Source: an uncultured Acidimicrobiales bacterium (lineage in GTDB: Bacteria > Actinomycetota > Acidimicrobiia > Acidimicrobiales > Bin134). Taken from it: a stretch of 64,000 bases of DNA. Positions 28,871 to 38,792 of this stretch are shown here, one piece after another. Under the pieces are notes generated by a model. It was not told the DNA's origin. It did no database searches and worked only from the letters and a program-made list of their open reading frames with translations. A program made the position numbers and the translations under genes. The stretch lies in assembly GCA_951813325.1 (NCBI GenBank), contig OX638350.1, forward strand, positions 1,901,954 to 1,965,953. The letters run 5' to 3'. Each line of letters begins with the position of its first letter. Position 1 is the first letter of the stretch.

Positions 28871-31039
28871 GTGACCTACCAGACGTTTGGAAGTGTTGAG
28901 GTGGCCGGCCCTTTGGCCGAATTGGCCACCCGCCGGCTGGCGCCGGGCACCGGTGTGGACCCTGAAAGCTTTTGGGCGGCGTTTGCCGACATGGTCCACA
29001 GAACTCGGCCGCGAATTCAGGCCTGCCGCGACGTGCGGGACGACCTCCAAGCCCGCATCGACGCCTGGCACCAAGACCCCGAGAGCCAGCCCGAGGAGGC
29101 GGCCGCCTTTTTGCGGGCCATCGGCTATCTGGTCGACGAACCCGATCCGGTGCCGGTGGCCACCGCGGGGGTCGATCCCGAGATTGCCTCGCTGTCGGGG
29201 CCGCAGCTCGTGGTTCCGGTGGACAATGCCCGCTATGCCCTCAATGCGGCCAACGCCCGCTGGGGCAGCCTCTACGACGCCTTGTACGGCACCGACGCCA
29301 TCGACGAGTCCGAGGGCGCGGGGCGGGCCGGACCGTACAACCCGGTGCGGGGACAACGGGTGATCGACCGAGTCCGGGCCTTGTTGGACCGCCATTTTCC
29401 GCTGGCCTCAGGATCGCACGCCGACGCTGGGGCCTATGCGGTGTCCGACAGCGGATTGCGGGTGGAGCTGTCCGGCAACGCATCCAGCGGGCTAGCCGAT
29501 CCTGGGCAGTTCGCCGGCTACACCGGCGAGGCATCGGCCCCCGCCACCGTGCTGCTGCGCAAGCACGGACTCCACATGGAGCTGGCCATCGATCGCGGCC
29601 ACCGGATCGGCCGGAACGATCCCGCCGGAGTGGCCGACGTGATGATGGAGTCGGCTCTCACCACCATCATGGACTTGGAGGACTCGGTGGCCGCGGTGGA
29701 CGCCGACGACAAGACCTTGGCCTACAGCAACTGGCTGGGCCTGATGCAGGGCAACCTCGCGGCGTCTTTTGCCAAAGGCGGCCGGGCCACAACCCGTCGT
29801 TTGAACCCCGACACCGCGGCGATTTCCCCATCGGGGATGCCCATGACGGTGCGGCGGCGCAGCGTCATGCTGATCCGCAGCGTCGGCCTCCATATGGACA
29901 CCGACATCGTGCGGGTGGACGCCCAGCCCGTTCCCGAGACTCTCATCGATGTGGCGATGGCCGCCTGGTGCGCCATGCACGATCTCGTCGGAAGCGGCCC
30001 CCATCGAAACAGCCGTGCCGGGTCGGTCTACATCGTGATGCCGAAGCTGCACGGTCCCCGCGAGACCGCGCTGGTGAACGAGCTGTTCACGGCAATGGAG
30101 GACATTTTGGGAATGGCTCCCAACACGCTGAAGATGGGAATCATGGACGAGGAGCGCCGCACGTCGCTGAACTTGGCTGCCTGCATCGCCGAGGCCTCCG
30201 AGCGGGTGGTGTTCATCAACACCGGGTTCTTGGACCGCACCGGCGACGACATCCACACCAGCATGGACGCCGGCCCCATGATCCCCAAAGCGGAGATCAA
30301 GACCTCGGAGTGGCTGACCGCCTACGAACAGGCCAACGTGGCTGTCGGGCTGGCCTTGGGATTGCCGGGGCACGCGCAGATCGGCAAGGGCATGTGGGCC
30401 CGGCCCGACGACATGGCCGCCATGTTGGACGAGAAGATCGGCCATCCCCAAGCGGGGGCGTCCACCGCATGGGTCCCCTCCCCCACTGCGGCCACCCTTC
30501 ACTCGCTGCACTATCTCGAGACCGACGTGGCTGCTCGCCAGGCCGAGTTGGCGGCAACGCCATGCGACCGCGACGCCGCCGTGCAGGCCATGCTGACGCC
30601 GGCGGTGCTCCCGCCCGACCGCGAGCTGTCCCCCGCGGCGATCCAGCGGGAATTGGACAACAACGCCCAGGGCATTCTGGGCTACGTGACCCGGTGGGTG
30701 GGCCAAGGGGTGGGCTGCTCCAAGGTGCCCGACATCGACGACGTCGCCCTGATGGAAGACCGGGCCACGCTGAGGATCTCCTCCCAGCACATCGCCAACT
30801 GGCTCCACCACGGCCTGCTGTCCGAAGAGCAAGTTGTCGAGGCCATGCGGCGAATGGCCGCCGTGGTTGACGGCCAGAACGCCGACGACCCCGACTATGA
30901 CCCCATGAGCCGCGATTTCGCCGCCAGCATCCCGTTTCGCGCCGCCGTGGCCCTCGTGATCGAGGGCCGCGACCAGCCCAACGGCTACACCGAGCCCATC
31001 CTCACCGCGCACCGCCGCCGCCAGAAGGCTGCCGGCTAG
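28871..31039 (+). CDS. glcB: Malate synthase G
   Basis: '[24 protein letters not shown]' and overall GlcB pattern; likely GTG start ~28871 (the ORF track frame opens at 28820). Confidence 0.85.
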   Translation: MTYQTFGSVEVAGPLAELATRRLAPGTGVDPESFWAAFADMVHRTRPRIQACRDVRDDLQARIDAWHQDPESQPEEAAAFLRAIGYLVDEPDPVPVATAGVDPEIASLSGPQLVVPVDNARYALNAANARWGSLYDALYGTDAIDESEGAGRAGPYNPVRGQRVIDRVRALLDRHFPLASGSHADAGAYAVSDSGLRVELSGNASSGLADPGQFAGYTGEASAPATVLLRKHGLHMELAIDRGHRIGRNDPAGVADVMMESALTTIMDLEDSVAAVDADDKTLAYSNWLGLMQGNLAASFAKGGRATTRRLNPDTAAISPSGMPMTVRRRSVMLIRSVGLHMDTDIVRVDAQPVPETLIDVAMAAWCAMHDLVGSGPHRNSRAGSVYIVMPKLHGPRETALVNELFTAMEDILGMAPNTLKMGIMDEERRTSLNLAACIAEASERVVFINTGFLDRTGDDIHTSMDAGPMIPKAEIKTSEWLTAYEQANVAVGLALGLPGHAQIGKGMWARPDDMAAMLDEKIGHPQAGASTAWVPSPTAATLHSLHYLETDVAARQAELAATPCDRDAAVQAMLTPAVLPPDRELSPAAIQRELDNNAQGILGYVTRWVGQGVGCSKVPDIDDVALMEDRATLRISSQHIANWLHHGLLSEEQVVEAMRRMAAVVDGQNADDPDYDPMSRDFAASIPFRAAVALVIEGRDQPNGYTEPILTAHRRRQKAAG

Positions 31040-31130
31040 CAGAGCGCGCCAATGGGGAACACCACATGCCTTCCAGCCATTGGCTCCTCAACAGATTCGG
31101 CGATCCAGAGTTCACCTATCGGCCCGGGCC

Positions 31131-31298
31131 CTAGTGGTGTGTCGTGGGTTTAGCGCCGTGGATTGCGACGGCAGCGGCGTTCCTCGCAAGGCGCACCGAC
31201 GCAGCCATACTTCCAGCGTACGGCAAGGAGGGGCAACGCCGCGAGGGGCGTCGATGCCTAGCAGGACACGCGCGAATAAACCCACGACACACCACTAG
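31131..31298. mobile_element. MITE-like element copy 2 (same orientation as copy 1)
   Basis: One mismatch versus copy 1; CTAG at both ends; lies between convergent glcB and the flotillin gene. Confidence 0.8.
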
Positions 31299-31315
31299 TC
31301 GACGACCGGGATTTG

Positions 31316-32686
31316 TCAGTCCTCGCCTTTGACGGTGGCTTCATCATCGAGCTCACCGAGGTAGGCGGGCAGTTTGATTCCCACCTGAGCGGCCAAGTCG
31401 TGGATGGGGGGCAGGGAGCTGGCCAGGCCGGACAGGAAGTCAGCGGTGCTGCCGCCCTTGCCGGTGCTGCCGCTCCCCGAGTCCCATACCGTCACTTGGT
31501 CGATCTTCAGATTCGAGATGGCCTTGACCTGCTCGGCCACCAATGCCGGCATCTGCTCGGCGATCAACAGCAGGGCAGCCAGCTGGGGCTCGCCTCCAGC
31601 ATTGTCCACCATCGCCCCAAGGCCCTCGGCTCGGCGGCTCAGCAGAGCCAGCAACCCCAGCGCCTCGGCTTCCATGAGCAGGCGCTGACCGTCGGCCTCG
31701 CCGCCCTTTACCAGCCTGATCCGGTCGGCCTCGGCCTCGGCCAGAGTGCGGACCCGCTCCCGCTCCACTTCGGCGGGCACCACAATGTCGGCCTCCTGTG
31801 TGGCCTTGTCCCGGGAGGCCCGAGCCTGCTCGGCGCCGGCCTCGGCCGCGAATGAATCCTGGGCCGCTCGGGCTTGGGTGACTCGCTCGGCGGTGACGGC
31901 GGCCCGCTCAGCCTCGGCCTCCTGCTGGCGGCGCTCGCCGTCGGACTGGGCGATCACCACCTGAGATTCGTTCTCTCCCTCGGTGGCGGTGGCGTTGGCC
32001 TGGGCCACCTTGATACGCCGCTCCCGTTGGGCCTCGGCGGCCCCGATGTCGCCGTCGCGCTCCTGCTCGGCCACCTTGATCTTGGCCTCGTTGATGGCCC
32101 GGGCGGCCGCTTCCCGCCCCAACGCGTCGATATACCCCGACTCGTCGGTGATGTCCTGGATGTTCACGTTGATGAGCCGCAGCCCGACTTTGCGCAGCTC
32201 GATCTCCAGCGACTCGGTGATGTTGGTGATCAGCTTCTCCCGGTCGGCGTTGATCTCCTCGATGGGCATGGTGGCGATAACCACCCGCATCTGGCCGAAG
32301 ATGATGTCGCGGGCCAGGTTCTCGATTTCCACCAGGCTCAGCCCCAGCAGCCGTTCGGCGGCGTTCTGCATGACGCCGGGCTCGGTGGAGATCCCCACGG
32401 TGAACGTAGCCGGGGTATTCACCCTGATGTTCTGCTGGGAAAGCGCCCCTTGGAGCTTGATCTCGATGGGAATGGGGGTGAGATCCAAAAAGGCGTGGCC
32501 CTGGATGACCGGCCAAACCAGGGCGCCGCCGCCGTGGAGGCACCGGGCCGACTGGCCCTGCCCGCCTATCCGGCCGTAGATGACCAGCACGCGGTCGGAG
32601 GGGCAGCGCTTGTAGCGGGAAGAGATCCACAGCAGCGCGATGAGAAGTATGACAATGAGGCCGGCAACGAGGGCTATAACAGCCAT
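31316..32686 (-). CDS. Flotillin-like SPFH/band-7 protein
   Basis: N-terminal TM plus SPFH domain, long Ala/Glu-rich coiled coil. Confidence 0.8.
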   Translation of the reverse strand: MAVIALVAGLIVILLIALLWISSRYKRCPSDRVLVIYGRIGGQGQSARCLHGGGALVWPVIQGHAFLDLTPIPIEIKLQGALSQQNIRVNTPATFTVGISTEPGVMQNAAERLLGLSLVEIENLARDIIFGQMRVVIATMPIEEINADREKLITNITESLEIELRKVGLRLINVNIQDITDESGYIDALGREAAARAINEAKIKVAEQERDGDIGAAEAQRERRIKVAQANATATEGENESQVVIAQSDGERRQQEAEAERAAVTAERVTQARAAQDSFAAEAGAEQARASRDKATQEADIVVPAEVERERVRTLAEAEADRIRLVKGGEADGQRLLMEAEALGLLALLSRRAEGLGAMVDNAGGEPQLAALLLIAEQMPALVAEQVKAISNLKIDQVTVWDSGSGSTGKGGSTADFLSGLASSLPPIHDLAAQVGIKLPAYLGELDDEATVKGED

Positions 32687-32719
32687 TGGCGAGTCCTTTC
32701 GGGTCTATCTGGATATGGG

Positions 32720-33274
32720 TTACAGGGGTTTGACCAGGACGGTGGACCGATTCACCACCGACACCACGGTGACGCGGGTCTGAGCCGGCAGGTCGGCGTC
32801 CGAGCTGGTATAGGCGTCGACCACCCGGAGCCGCCCCTGGATGAGGATTTCGACTTTGCCGGGCATGGATCGGTTGGCCGGGATCGGCAGGTACACGGTG
32901 CCGATGATGCCGACCGCGCTCTGGTAGTCGACCGAGCCGCTCTCCTCCATCCGCGCGAATTTGTGCCACATGTAGGCCACGGCGAAGAACACCGCCAGCC
33001 CCACCGCGATGGCCACGATCACCGAGACCGGGGTGGAGCTGTCCGCCTCCTTCATCAAAACGCCGGTCCAGCCGAAGGCGAAGAAGAACGCCGTCAGGCT
33101 TCGCAGGGACAGAAATCCCGTTCCTGCTCCCTCGTCATCGAGGTCGATGTCGAGGTCGGATCCGACGCCGAAGCCCAAGAGCAGGAGCTGGAGAACGAGG
33201 AAGACGCCGGCGATGATGCCGATCAGATAGAACACCTGGAGGTCGCCGGTCAGGCCTTCCCACCAGTCGCCCAT
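32720..33274 (-). CDS. NfeD-family membrane protein (flotillin partner, C-terminal OB fold)
   Basis: TM helices plus C-terminal beta-rich domain; directly upstream of the flotillin gene. Confidence 0.65.
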   Translation of the reverse strand: MGDWWEGLTGDLQVFYLIGIIAGVFLVLQLLLLGFGVGSDLDIDLDDEGAGTGFLSLRSLTAFFFAFGWTGVLMKEADSSTPVSVIVAIAVGLAVFFAVAYMWHKFARMEESGSVDYQSAVGIIGTVYLPIPANRSMPGKVEILIQGRLRVVDAYTSSDADLPAQTRVTVVSVVNRSTVLVKPL

Positions 33275-33460
33275 CTATCGGTCCTCCCTGTCTTGTCTTC
33301 CTATGCGCAGTCCGACACTGGTACGGCGCTTCGAGCCTTCACAAGAGCCATCCTACCGGGTTCGCCGTCCATCTCCTCCTCGCCCCTTCTCCATGGCCTC
33401 TTGCTGGTGACATGGAGTTTGAATGACCACAGCCCGTGCTCGGCGTGGCAAAGTCTCCCC

Positions 33461-34591
33461 ATGGTCGAAGCCAAAGTTCGCTGGACCCACCAGTGGAAGG
33501 AGCTCTACGAGGAGGTCATCGACTCGGGGCTCTGCACCGGCTGCGCCGGCTGTGTGATCGCCTGTCCCCACGATGTGATCGGCTACAAGCACGAGCCCGG
33601 CCAGTACAAGCCCTTCCACCTCGAAGAGGATCTGGGCCTGTCCGACTGCATCCACGGCCAGAAGGGGTGCACCTCCTGCACCCGGGCGTGCCCCCGGTTT
33701 CGCACCTGGGAGGCCGAAGCCGACGAGCACCTGTTCGGCCGCATCCGCGCCGAGGACGAGGTGTCGGGCATCTACCGCGACATCTTGTTGGTGCGGGCCT
33801 CAGACGACTACGTCTACGAGGTGGGCCAAGACGGCGGACTGGTGTCGGCCATCTTGATCTGGTGTCTGGAGAACGAGGTGATCGACGGCGCCCTCACGTC
33901 ATTTCTGGAGAGGGGTGACGCCGACGGCTGGAAGGCGGTGCCCGGTCTGGCCGTCAATCGGGAGGAGGTGTTGCGGGGCGCAGGCAGCCGCTACACCTAC
34001 TCGGCCAATCCGCTGGCCTATCGGGAGGCCAAGGAGCAGGGACTGGAGCGCCTGGCCCTGGTGGGGATGAGCTGCCAGACCTCCATCGGCCCAGTGATGT
34101 GGAACCGCAAGGTGGGCAAGGTGGGCCGTCCCATAAAGCTGAACATCGGGCTGTTGTGCTCCAAGAGCTTCGACGACTCCATGTTCGAAGAGCTGTTCTG
34201 GGTGAAGTACGGGCTGCCCACCGACCAGATCGCCAAGATGAACATCAAGGGCGTGTTCCAGGTGTGGATGAAGAACGGCGACTACCACGAGATCAACCTC
34301 AAGGAGTGCCACGCCTGGACCCGGGAAGGCTGCACCCTCTGCCCCGACTTCGCCGCCGAGCACGCCGACATCTCCACCGGAGGCATCGGCGACGCCACCG
34401 ACTGGACCCTCACCGTGGTACGCACCGAGCTGGGCCGGGCTGTCATCAACGCCATGTTGGAAGACGGCGTGATCGAGGCCCGGCCGGGAGACGACGACCC
34501 CGGAGCAGTGGCCCTCATGCACAAGCTGGCCGCCAAGAGCCGCCAGCGCTGGCCCGACTGGGCCGAGAGCGCGGTCCGGGTGGGGGTCTGA
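33461..34591 (+). CDS. Coenzyme F420 hydrogenase/dehydrogenase beta-subunit family protein (FrhB/FdhB-like, 4Fe-4S)
   Basis: 'CTGCAGCVIACPHDVI' ferredoxin Cys cluster plus FrhB_FdhB-like N- and C-terminal blocks; internal ATG of the long ORF 31874-34591. Confidence 0.65.
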   Translation: MVEAKVRWTHQWKELYEEVIDSGLCTGCAGCVIACPHDVIGYKHEPGQYKPFHLEEDLGLSDCIHGQKGCTSCTRACPRFRTWEAEADEHLFGRIRAEDEVSGIYRDILLVRASDDYVYEVGQDGGLVSAILIWCLENEVIDGALTSFLERGDADGWKAVPGLAVNREEVLRGAGSRYTYSANPLAYREAKEQGLERLALVGMSCQTSIGPVMWNRKVGKVGRPIKLNIGLLCSKSFDDSMFEELFWVKYGLPTDQIAKMNIKGVFQVWMKNGDYHEINLKECHAWTREGCTLCPDFAAEHADISTGGIGDATDWTLTVVRTELGRAVINAMLEDGVIEARPGDDDPGAVALMHKLAAKSRQRWPDWAESAVRVGV

Positions 34592-34613
34592 GGGAGGCTC
34601 TGCGGCCTCTTGA

Positions 34614-35057
34614 TCACACCCCGGACAAATCCCGGATGCACTGGCGCAAAATCAGCTCCACCTCTTCGGGAAACCCGGCGTTGATGTCGCTGCGCAGGTC
34701 GTCGTCGAGCTCTTTGAATTCCTCGAATGTGAGCTCATCTTTGATCCTGTCGAAGCTGCACTTGCACACCGCAGCCAGATTTGCTTCCTCGCGCAGTCGC
34801 TCATCCAATCTCTCCGGATGCTCCTTGCCCACTTCCCAACAGCCACTGCGGTAGTTCCGCTCGGCTTGACCAACGTTTTCTTCTCTGATGTCCAGCTCTG
34901 GTATCTCAAAATCGGCGCGGTTGTCGTCATAGGAGGTGGGTGCGCCGGAATTGCCGCACGCGGCGGCCACCACTACCAGAGCAGCCACCACCGCCAGCAC
35001 ACGGGCCTTCGTCACGGCCCCAACGGTACCGCCCGATTCCCCTCGGTCGCGAACCAT
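34614..35057 (-). CDS. Putative lipoprotein
   Basis: Signal peptide 'VLAVVAALVVVAAACGN'. Confidence 0.45.
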   Translation of the reverse strand: MVRDRGESGGTVGAVTKARVLAVVAALVVVAAACGNSGAPTSYDDNRADFEIPELDIREENVGQAERNYRSGCWEVGKEHPERLDERLREEANLAAVCKCSFDRIKDELTFEEFKELDDDLRSDINAGFPEEVELILRQCIRDLSGV

Positions 35058-35065
35058 CCCCAGTC

Positions 35066-35734
35066 CTACGCCGAGTCGGCCAGCCCCAGCGCCCGGGCGA
35101 ACACTTCGTCGATCATGTCAGGGGTGAGCCGACCGGTGAACGTGTTCTGCTGGCTCACGTGGTACGAGCACACCACTGTGCGCCCGCCGGGTGCGGCTGC
35201 CTCCAGGCCATGGGCGAACTTCGGCCGGGGCCGCATCCCCAGCTCGGCGGCCACCGCCCCGTAGCCGATGGCCCCCAGAGCCACAAACACCCGGGCCCTG
35301 GTCAACAGGGCCAGCTCCCGCACCAAAAACGGGCGGCAGGCATCCCGCTCGGCTGGGGTCGGCTTGTTCTGGGGCGGGGCGCATCGCACCGGGGCGGTGA
35401 TGTACACATCGTTCAGTACCAGGCCGTCGTCCACATCGGTGGCCGTGGACTGGTTGGCCAGGCCCGTCCGGTGCAGCGAGGCATACAGGAAGTCGCCCGA
35501 CCGGTCGCCGGTGAACATGCGCCCGGTGCGGTTGGCCCCGTGGGCGGCCGGGGCCAGGCCCACCACCACGATGCGGGCCCCGGGGTCGCCGAACCCCGGC
35601 ACCGGCCGGCCCCAGTATGTCCAGTCCCGGTATGCTGCCCGCTTGACCGCGGCCACCTCCTCCCGCCAGGCCACCAGCCGGGGGCAGGCCCGACAGCCGA
35701 TAACATCGGCGGCCAACTCGTCAAATGAATCCAT
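35066..35734 (-). CDS. Uracil-DNA glycosylase family 5 (UdgB)
   Basis: 'GLAPAAHGANRTGRMFTGD' family-5 motif; start at the internal ATG. Confidence 0.75.
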   Translation of the reverse strand: MDSFDELAADVIGCRACPRLVAWREEVAAVKRAAYRDWTYWGRPVPGFGDPGARIVVVGLAPAAHGANRTGRMFTGDRSGDFLYASLHRTGLANQSTATDVDDGLVLNDVYITAPVRCAPPQNKPTPAERDACRPFLVRELALLTRARVFVALGAIGYGAVAAELGMRPRPKFAHGLEAAAPGGRTVVCSYHVSQQNTFTGRLTPDMIDEVFARALGLADSA

Positions 35735-35764
35735 CGCGGGCAAGCTAGAGGACGAGCGAAAGAG

Positions 35765-36430
35765 TTGCCTGCGAGTAAGAGAGCGATGGCTGGAAATCCC
35801 CGCAAACCCACCATGGTGTTGTTCGTGCGCCACGGTCAGACTCCCACCACCGGCGCGGTGCTGCCCGGGCGGGCGCCGGGGCTGCACCTCAGCGACCGGG
35901 GCCGGGAGCAGGCCGACCAGGCGGCGGCCCGCATCGCCGCTTTGGGCGCGGAGCGCATCGGAGCGGTGTACGCGTCTCCCATGGAGCGGGCCCGGGAGAC
36001 CGCCGCACCCATCGCCCGGGCCGTGGGACGGCGTGTGCGGGTGCTGGACAGCCTCAACGAGTGCGATTTCGGACAATGGACCGGACGCCGTCTCAGCGAC
36101 CTGCGCCGCCGCCGCGATTGGCGGCAGGTGCAACGCAGCCCCAGCAGCTTCCGCTTCCCCGATGGTGAGTCGTTCGCAGAAATGCAGACCAGGATTACCG
36201 GCGCGGCGCAGTCTCTGACCGCACGCCATCCCGGCTCAACGGTGGTGGCAGTGTCGCATGCCGACACCATCAAGGCCGCGGTGTCGCACGCCTCGGGCGC
36301 CCACTTGGACATGTTCCAGCGGATCGCGGTGTCGCCCTGCTCGATCACCGCCATCCTCTACAGCGTCGAAGGTCCGCTTGTGCTGGCCGTCAACAGCACC
36401 TCTGACCTCAAATCCCTGGTTCCATCATGA
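35765..36430 (+). CDS. Histidine phosphatase family protein (phosphoglycerate mutase-like)
   Basis: 'LVRHGQT' catalytic motif. Confidence 0.7.
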   Translation: MPASKRAMAGNPRKPTMVLFVRHGQTPTTGAVLPGRAPGLHLSDRGREQADQAAARIAALGAERIGAVYASPMERARETAAPIARAVGRRVRVLDSLNECDFGQWTGRRLSDLRRRRDWRQVQRSPSSFRFPDGESFAEMQTRITGAAQSLTARHPGSTVVAVSHADTIKAAVSHASGAHLDMFQRIAVSPCSITAILYSVEGPLVLAVNSTSDLKSLVPS

Positions 36431-36918
36431 GCGCCTCCTACGACCTCAACGACCTCGAGCACTTCACGGTGGGAACCATCGGCCCGACCGGCCAACGGGT
36501 TTTCTATCTCCAGGCAGGGGTCACCGGAACGCTGGTGTCGCTGAAGCTGGAGAAGCAGCAGGTGGCCGCGCTGGCCGAGTACCTGGCTGGGGCGCTCGGG
36601 GAGATCACCGACGATCCTGATGCCATCGTTCCTGAAGCCGATATCGGGCTGATCGAGCCGGTGGAAGCCGAGTGGACCGTGGGCGACATTGGCATCGGCT
36701 ACGACGCAGACGCCGATCTGATGCTGATCATGGCAACCGAGGCGCCGTCCCAAGACGACCCCGATGATCCAGCCACCGCCCGGTTCCACATCACCCGGGG
36801 CCAGGTTGCCGGGTTCGTGGCCCGGGCCCGAGAGGTAGTGGCCGCCGGTCGGCCGCCGTGCCGCTACTGCGGAGCCCCGCTCAACGACGACGGCACATGG
36901 TGCCCTTGCTCCAATTAG
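36427..36918 (+). CDS. DUF3090 domain protein
   Basis: Conserved actinobacterial family with C-terminal CxxC...CPC. Confidence 0.65.
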   Translation: MSASYDLNDLEHFTVGTIGPTGQRVFYLQAGVTGTLVSLKLEKQQVAALAEYLAGALGEITDDPDAIVPEADIGLIEPVEAEWTVGDIGIGYDADADLMLIMATEAPSQDDPDDPATARFHITRGQVAGFVARAREVVAAGRPPCRYCGAPLNDDGTWCPCSN

Positions 36919-36952
36919 CCGCGTGAGCACCTCCGAGCCCGACACCGGATCG

Positions 36953-37088
36953 CCGATACGAGCCATTCCCATGGTCGTTCCCCTGAAAACGTGAGCGCGA
37001 AAATGCCCCGAGGCGAGTCACCGATACGAGCCATTCCCATGGTCCTTCCCCTGAAAGCATGAGCGCGAAAGTGCCCCGAGGCGAGTCC
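36953..37088. repeat. 68-bp tandem duplication (2 copies, ~94% identical) spanning the start of the downstream gene
   Basis: ccgatacgagccattcccatggtc[g/c]ttcccctgaaa[ac/gc][g/a]tgagcgcgaaa[a/g]tgccccgaggcgagtc[a/c] repeated head-to-tail. Confidence 0.85.
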
Positions 37089-37814
37089 CCGTTCCGGGAG
37101 CGGCCCCCGCTTTGCGACAATCTGGCCGTCGATCTGCTGCAAGCAGGAGAGCTGGACGTACTGGGGAGGATGCCGTGGAGCTCCAATATGACTTTCTTGG
37201 TCGACGTTCACTCCCCCGACGCTTCCACCGTCCAGGGGGTGTACAAGCCAGTGCGGGGCGAGCGGCCCCTTTGGGACTTCCCAGCCGGGCTGCACAAGCG
37301 GGAGATCGCCGCCTTCGAGCTGTCGCTCGCGTTGGGCTGGAACCTGGTCCCGCCCACCGTCCTTCGGGATGGACCGCTGGGCGAGGGGTCGGTACAGCTC
37401 TACGTCCCCACCGACTACGACGAGCACTACTTCACCTTGCGGGAGGAGCCCGTCCACCATCGGTGGTTTCAGCGGCTGTGCGCGTTCGACTTCATCATCA
37501 ACAGCACCGACCGCAAGGGCGGCCACATCCTGCTCGGCGACGACGGGAGGCTCTACGCTATCGACAACGGGTTGTCATTCCACTGCGAGTTCAAGTTGCG
37601 CACCGTGATCTGGGAGTGGGCCGGCAATCGCCTGCCCGATGACCTGGCCGCCGACGTAGACCGACTGTTGGATGAGGGCCTGCCTCCCGGCGTGGCCAAC
37701 ATGCTGTCTTTGCTGGAACGAGACGCCCTGTTGACCCGGGCCGGCGCCCTGGTGGGCGAAGGCCGCTTCCCCACCGACCCCAGCGGCCGCCGCCACCCCT
37801 GGCCCTTGGTCTGA
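37059..37814 (+). CDS. SCO1664-family (PI3/4-kinase-like fold) protein
   Basis: 'IINSTDRKGGHILL...YAIDNGLSF' kinase-like motifs; conserved cluster with DUF3090 and the histidine phosphatase. Confidence 0.6.
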   Translation: MSAKVPRGESPFRERPPLCDNLAVDLLQAGELDVLGRMPWSSNMTFLVDVHSPDASTVQGVYKPVRGERPLWDFPAGLHKREIAAFELSLALGWNLVPPTVLRDGPLGEGSVQLYVPTDYDEHYFTLREEPVHHRWFQRLCAFDFIINSTDRKGGHILLGDDGRLYAIDNGLSFHCEFKLRTVIWEWAGNRLPDDLAADVDRLLDEGLPPGVANMLSLLERDALLTRAGALVGEGRFPTDPSGRRHPWPLV

Positions 37815-37821
37815 GACCGGC

Positions 37822-38784
37822 CTAGCTCCGGGCTTGCAGCGCCTCGATCAGCTTGGGGAGCACCTTGTGGACGTCGCCCACCACACCAAGATCGGCGATT
37901 CCGAAGATGGGGGCCTCGGCATCCTTGTTGATGGCAATGATGTTCTTGGAGCCCTTCATGCCCACCATGTGCTGGGTGGCTCCGGAGATGCCGCACGCCA
38001 CATAGACGTCGGGCTTGACCACCTTGCCGGTCTGGCCCACCTGGTGGGAGTAGGGAACCCAGCCCGCATCCACGATGGCTCGCGACGCGCCGGCCGCACC
38101 CCTGAGGAGTCTGGCCAAGTCCTCGATCATCGAGTACTTCCCGGCCTCGCCCAAGCCTCGCCCGCCGGAGACCACCACCCCGGCCTCGTCCAACTTGGGA
38201 CCGCTGGACTCCTCGGCGAAGCGGTCCACCACCCGGGCCGCCCCGGTTGCCCCCAAATCGGGCACCGGCAGGGCCGACACCGCCGCCGGTGCCCCGCCGG
38301 ACTCCTCGGCGGCGAACGACTTGGGGCGGACCAGGAACAGGCCGGCGCCCGAACCGCTGAACCGGGTGCTGACGTTGACCGTCCCGCCGAATACCGGCTC
38401 AGTCCCCACCAACGAGCCGTTGGCCTGCTCCAGTTCGACAATGTTGGTGATGACCGGCGCGCCCAGCTTGACCGAGAGCCGCCCAGCCACGTCGCGGCCG
38501 TCGTAGGTGGTGCCGAACAGCACTGCGTCGGGAGCGGCCCCGCCCTCGAGGGCCGCGGCTATGGCTGAGGCCACCGCCGGGCCGGCCAGACCGTCGCCCA
38601 GATCACCGGTGGCGTGGACCACGGTCGCCCCGTGGGCCCCGAGCTCGGCGGCCAGCGGCTCGCCGTCTGTGCCCACCACTGCTTCCACGGTGTCGGCCAG
38701 CTCTCGGGCCCTGGTCAACAACTCGAGGCTGATCGAGGCGACCTTGCCGCCCGAGGCTTCAGCAAACACCCAAATGGTTCCCAT
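37822..38784 (-). CDS. etfA: Electron transfer flavoprotein alpha subunit
   Basis: 'MGTIWVFAE...' start plus FAD-binding C-terminal domain; internal ATG start. Confidence 0.85.
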   Translation of the reverse strand: MGTIWVFAEASGGKVASISLELLTRARELADTVEAVVGTDGEPLAAELGAHGATVVHATGDLGDGLAGPAVASAIAAALEGGAAPDAVLFGTTYDGRDVAGRLSVKLGAPVITNIVELEQANGSLVGTEPVFGGTVNVSTRFSGSGAGLFLVRPKSFAAEESGGAPAAVSALPVPDLGATGAARVVDRFAEESSGPKLDEAGVVVSGGRGLGEAGKYSMIEDLARLLRGAAGASRAIVDAGWVPYSHQVGQTGKVVKPDVYVACGISGATQHMVGMKGSKNIIAINKDAEAPIFGIADLGVVGDVHKVLPKLIEALQARS

Positions 38785-38792
38785 GGCGCCTC

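Noticed and set aside
28972-30870. 632-aa ORF in an alternative frame of glcB, and 29492-31012 minus
   Set aside because: Low-complexity Arg/Gly/Pro-rich products; glcB frame has clear enzyme motifs
31874-33460. N-terminal ~530 aa of the 905-aa ORF 31874-34591
   Set aside because: This part runs antisense to the flotillin and NfeD genes and is Gly/Asp low-complexity; only the portion from ATG 33461 (FrhB-like) is credible
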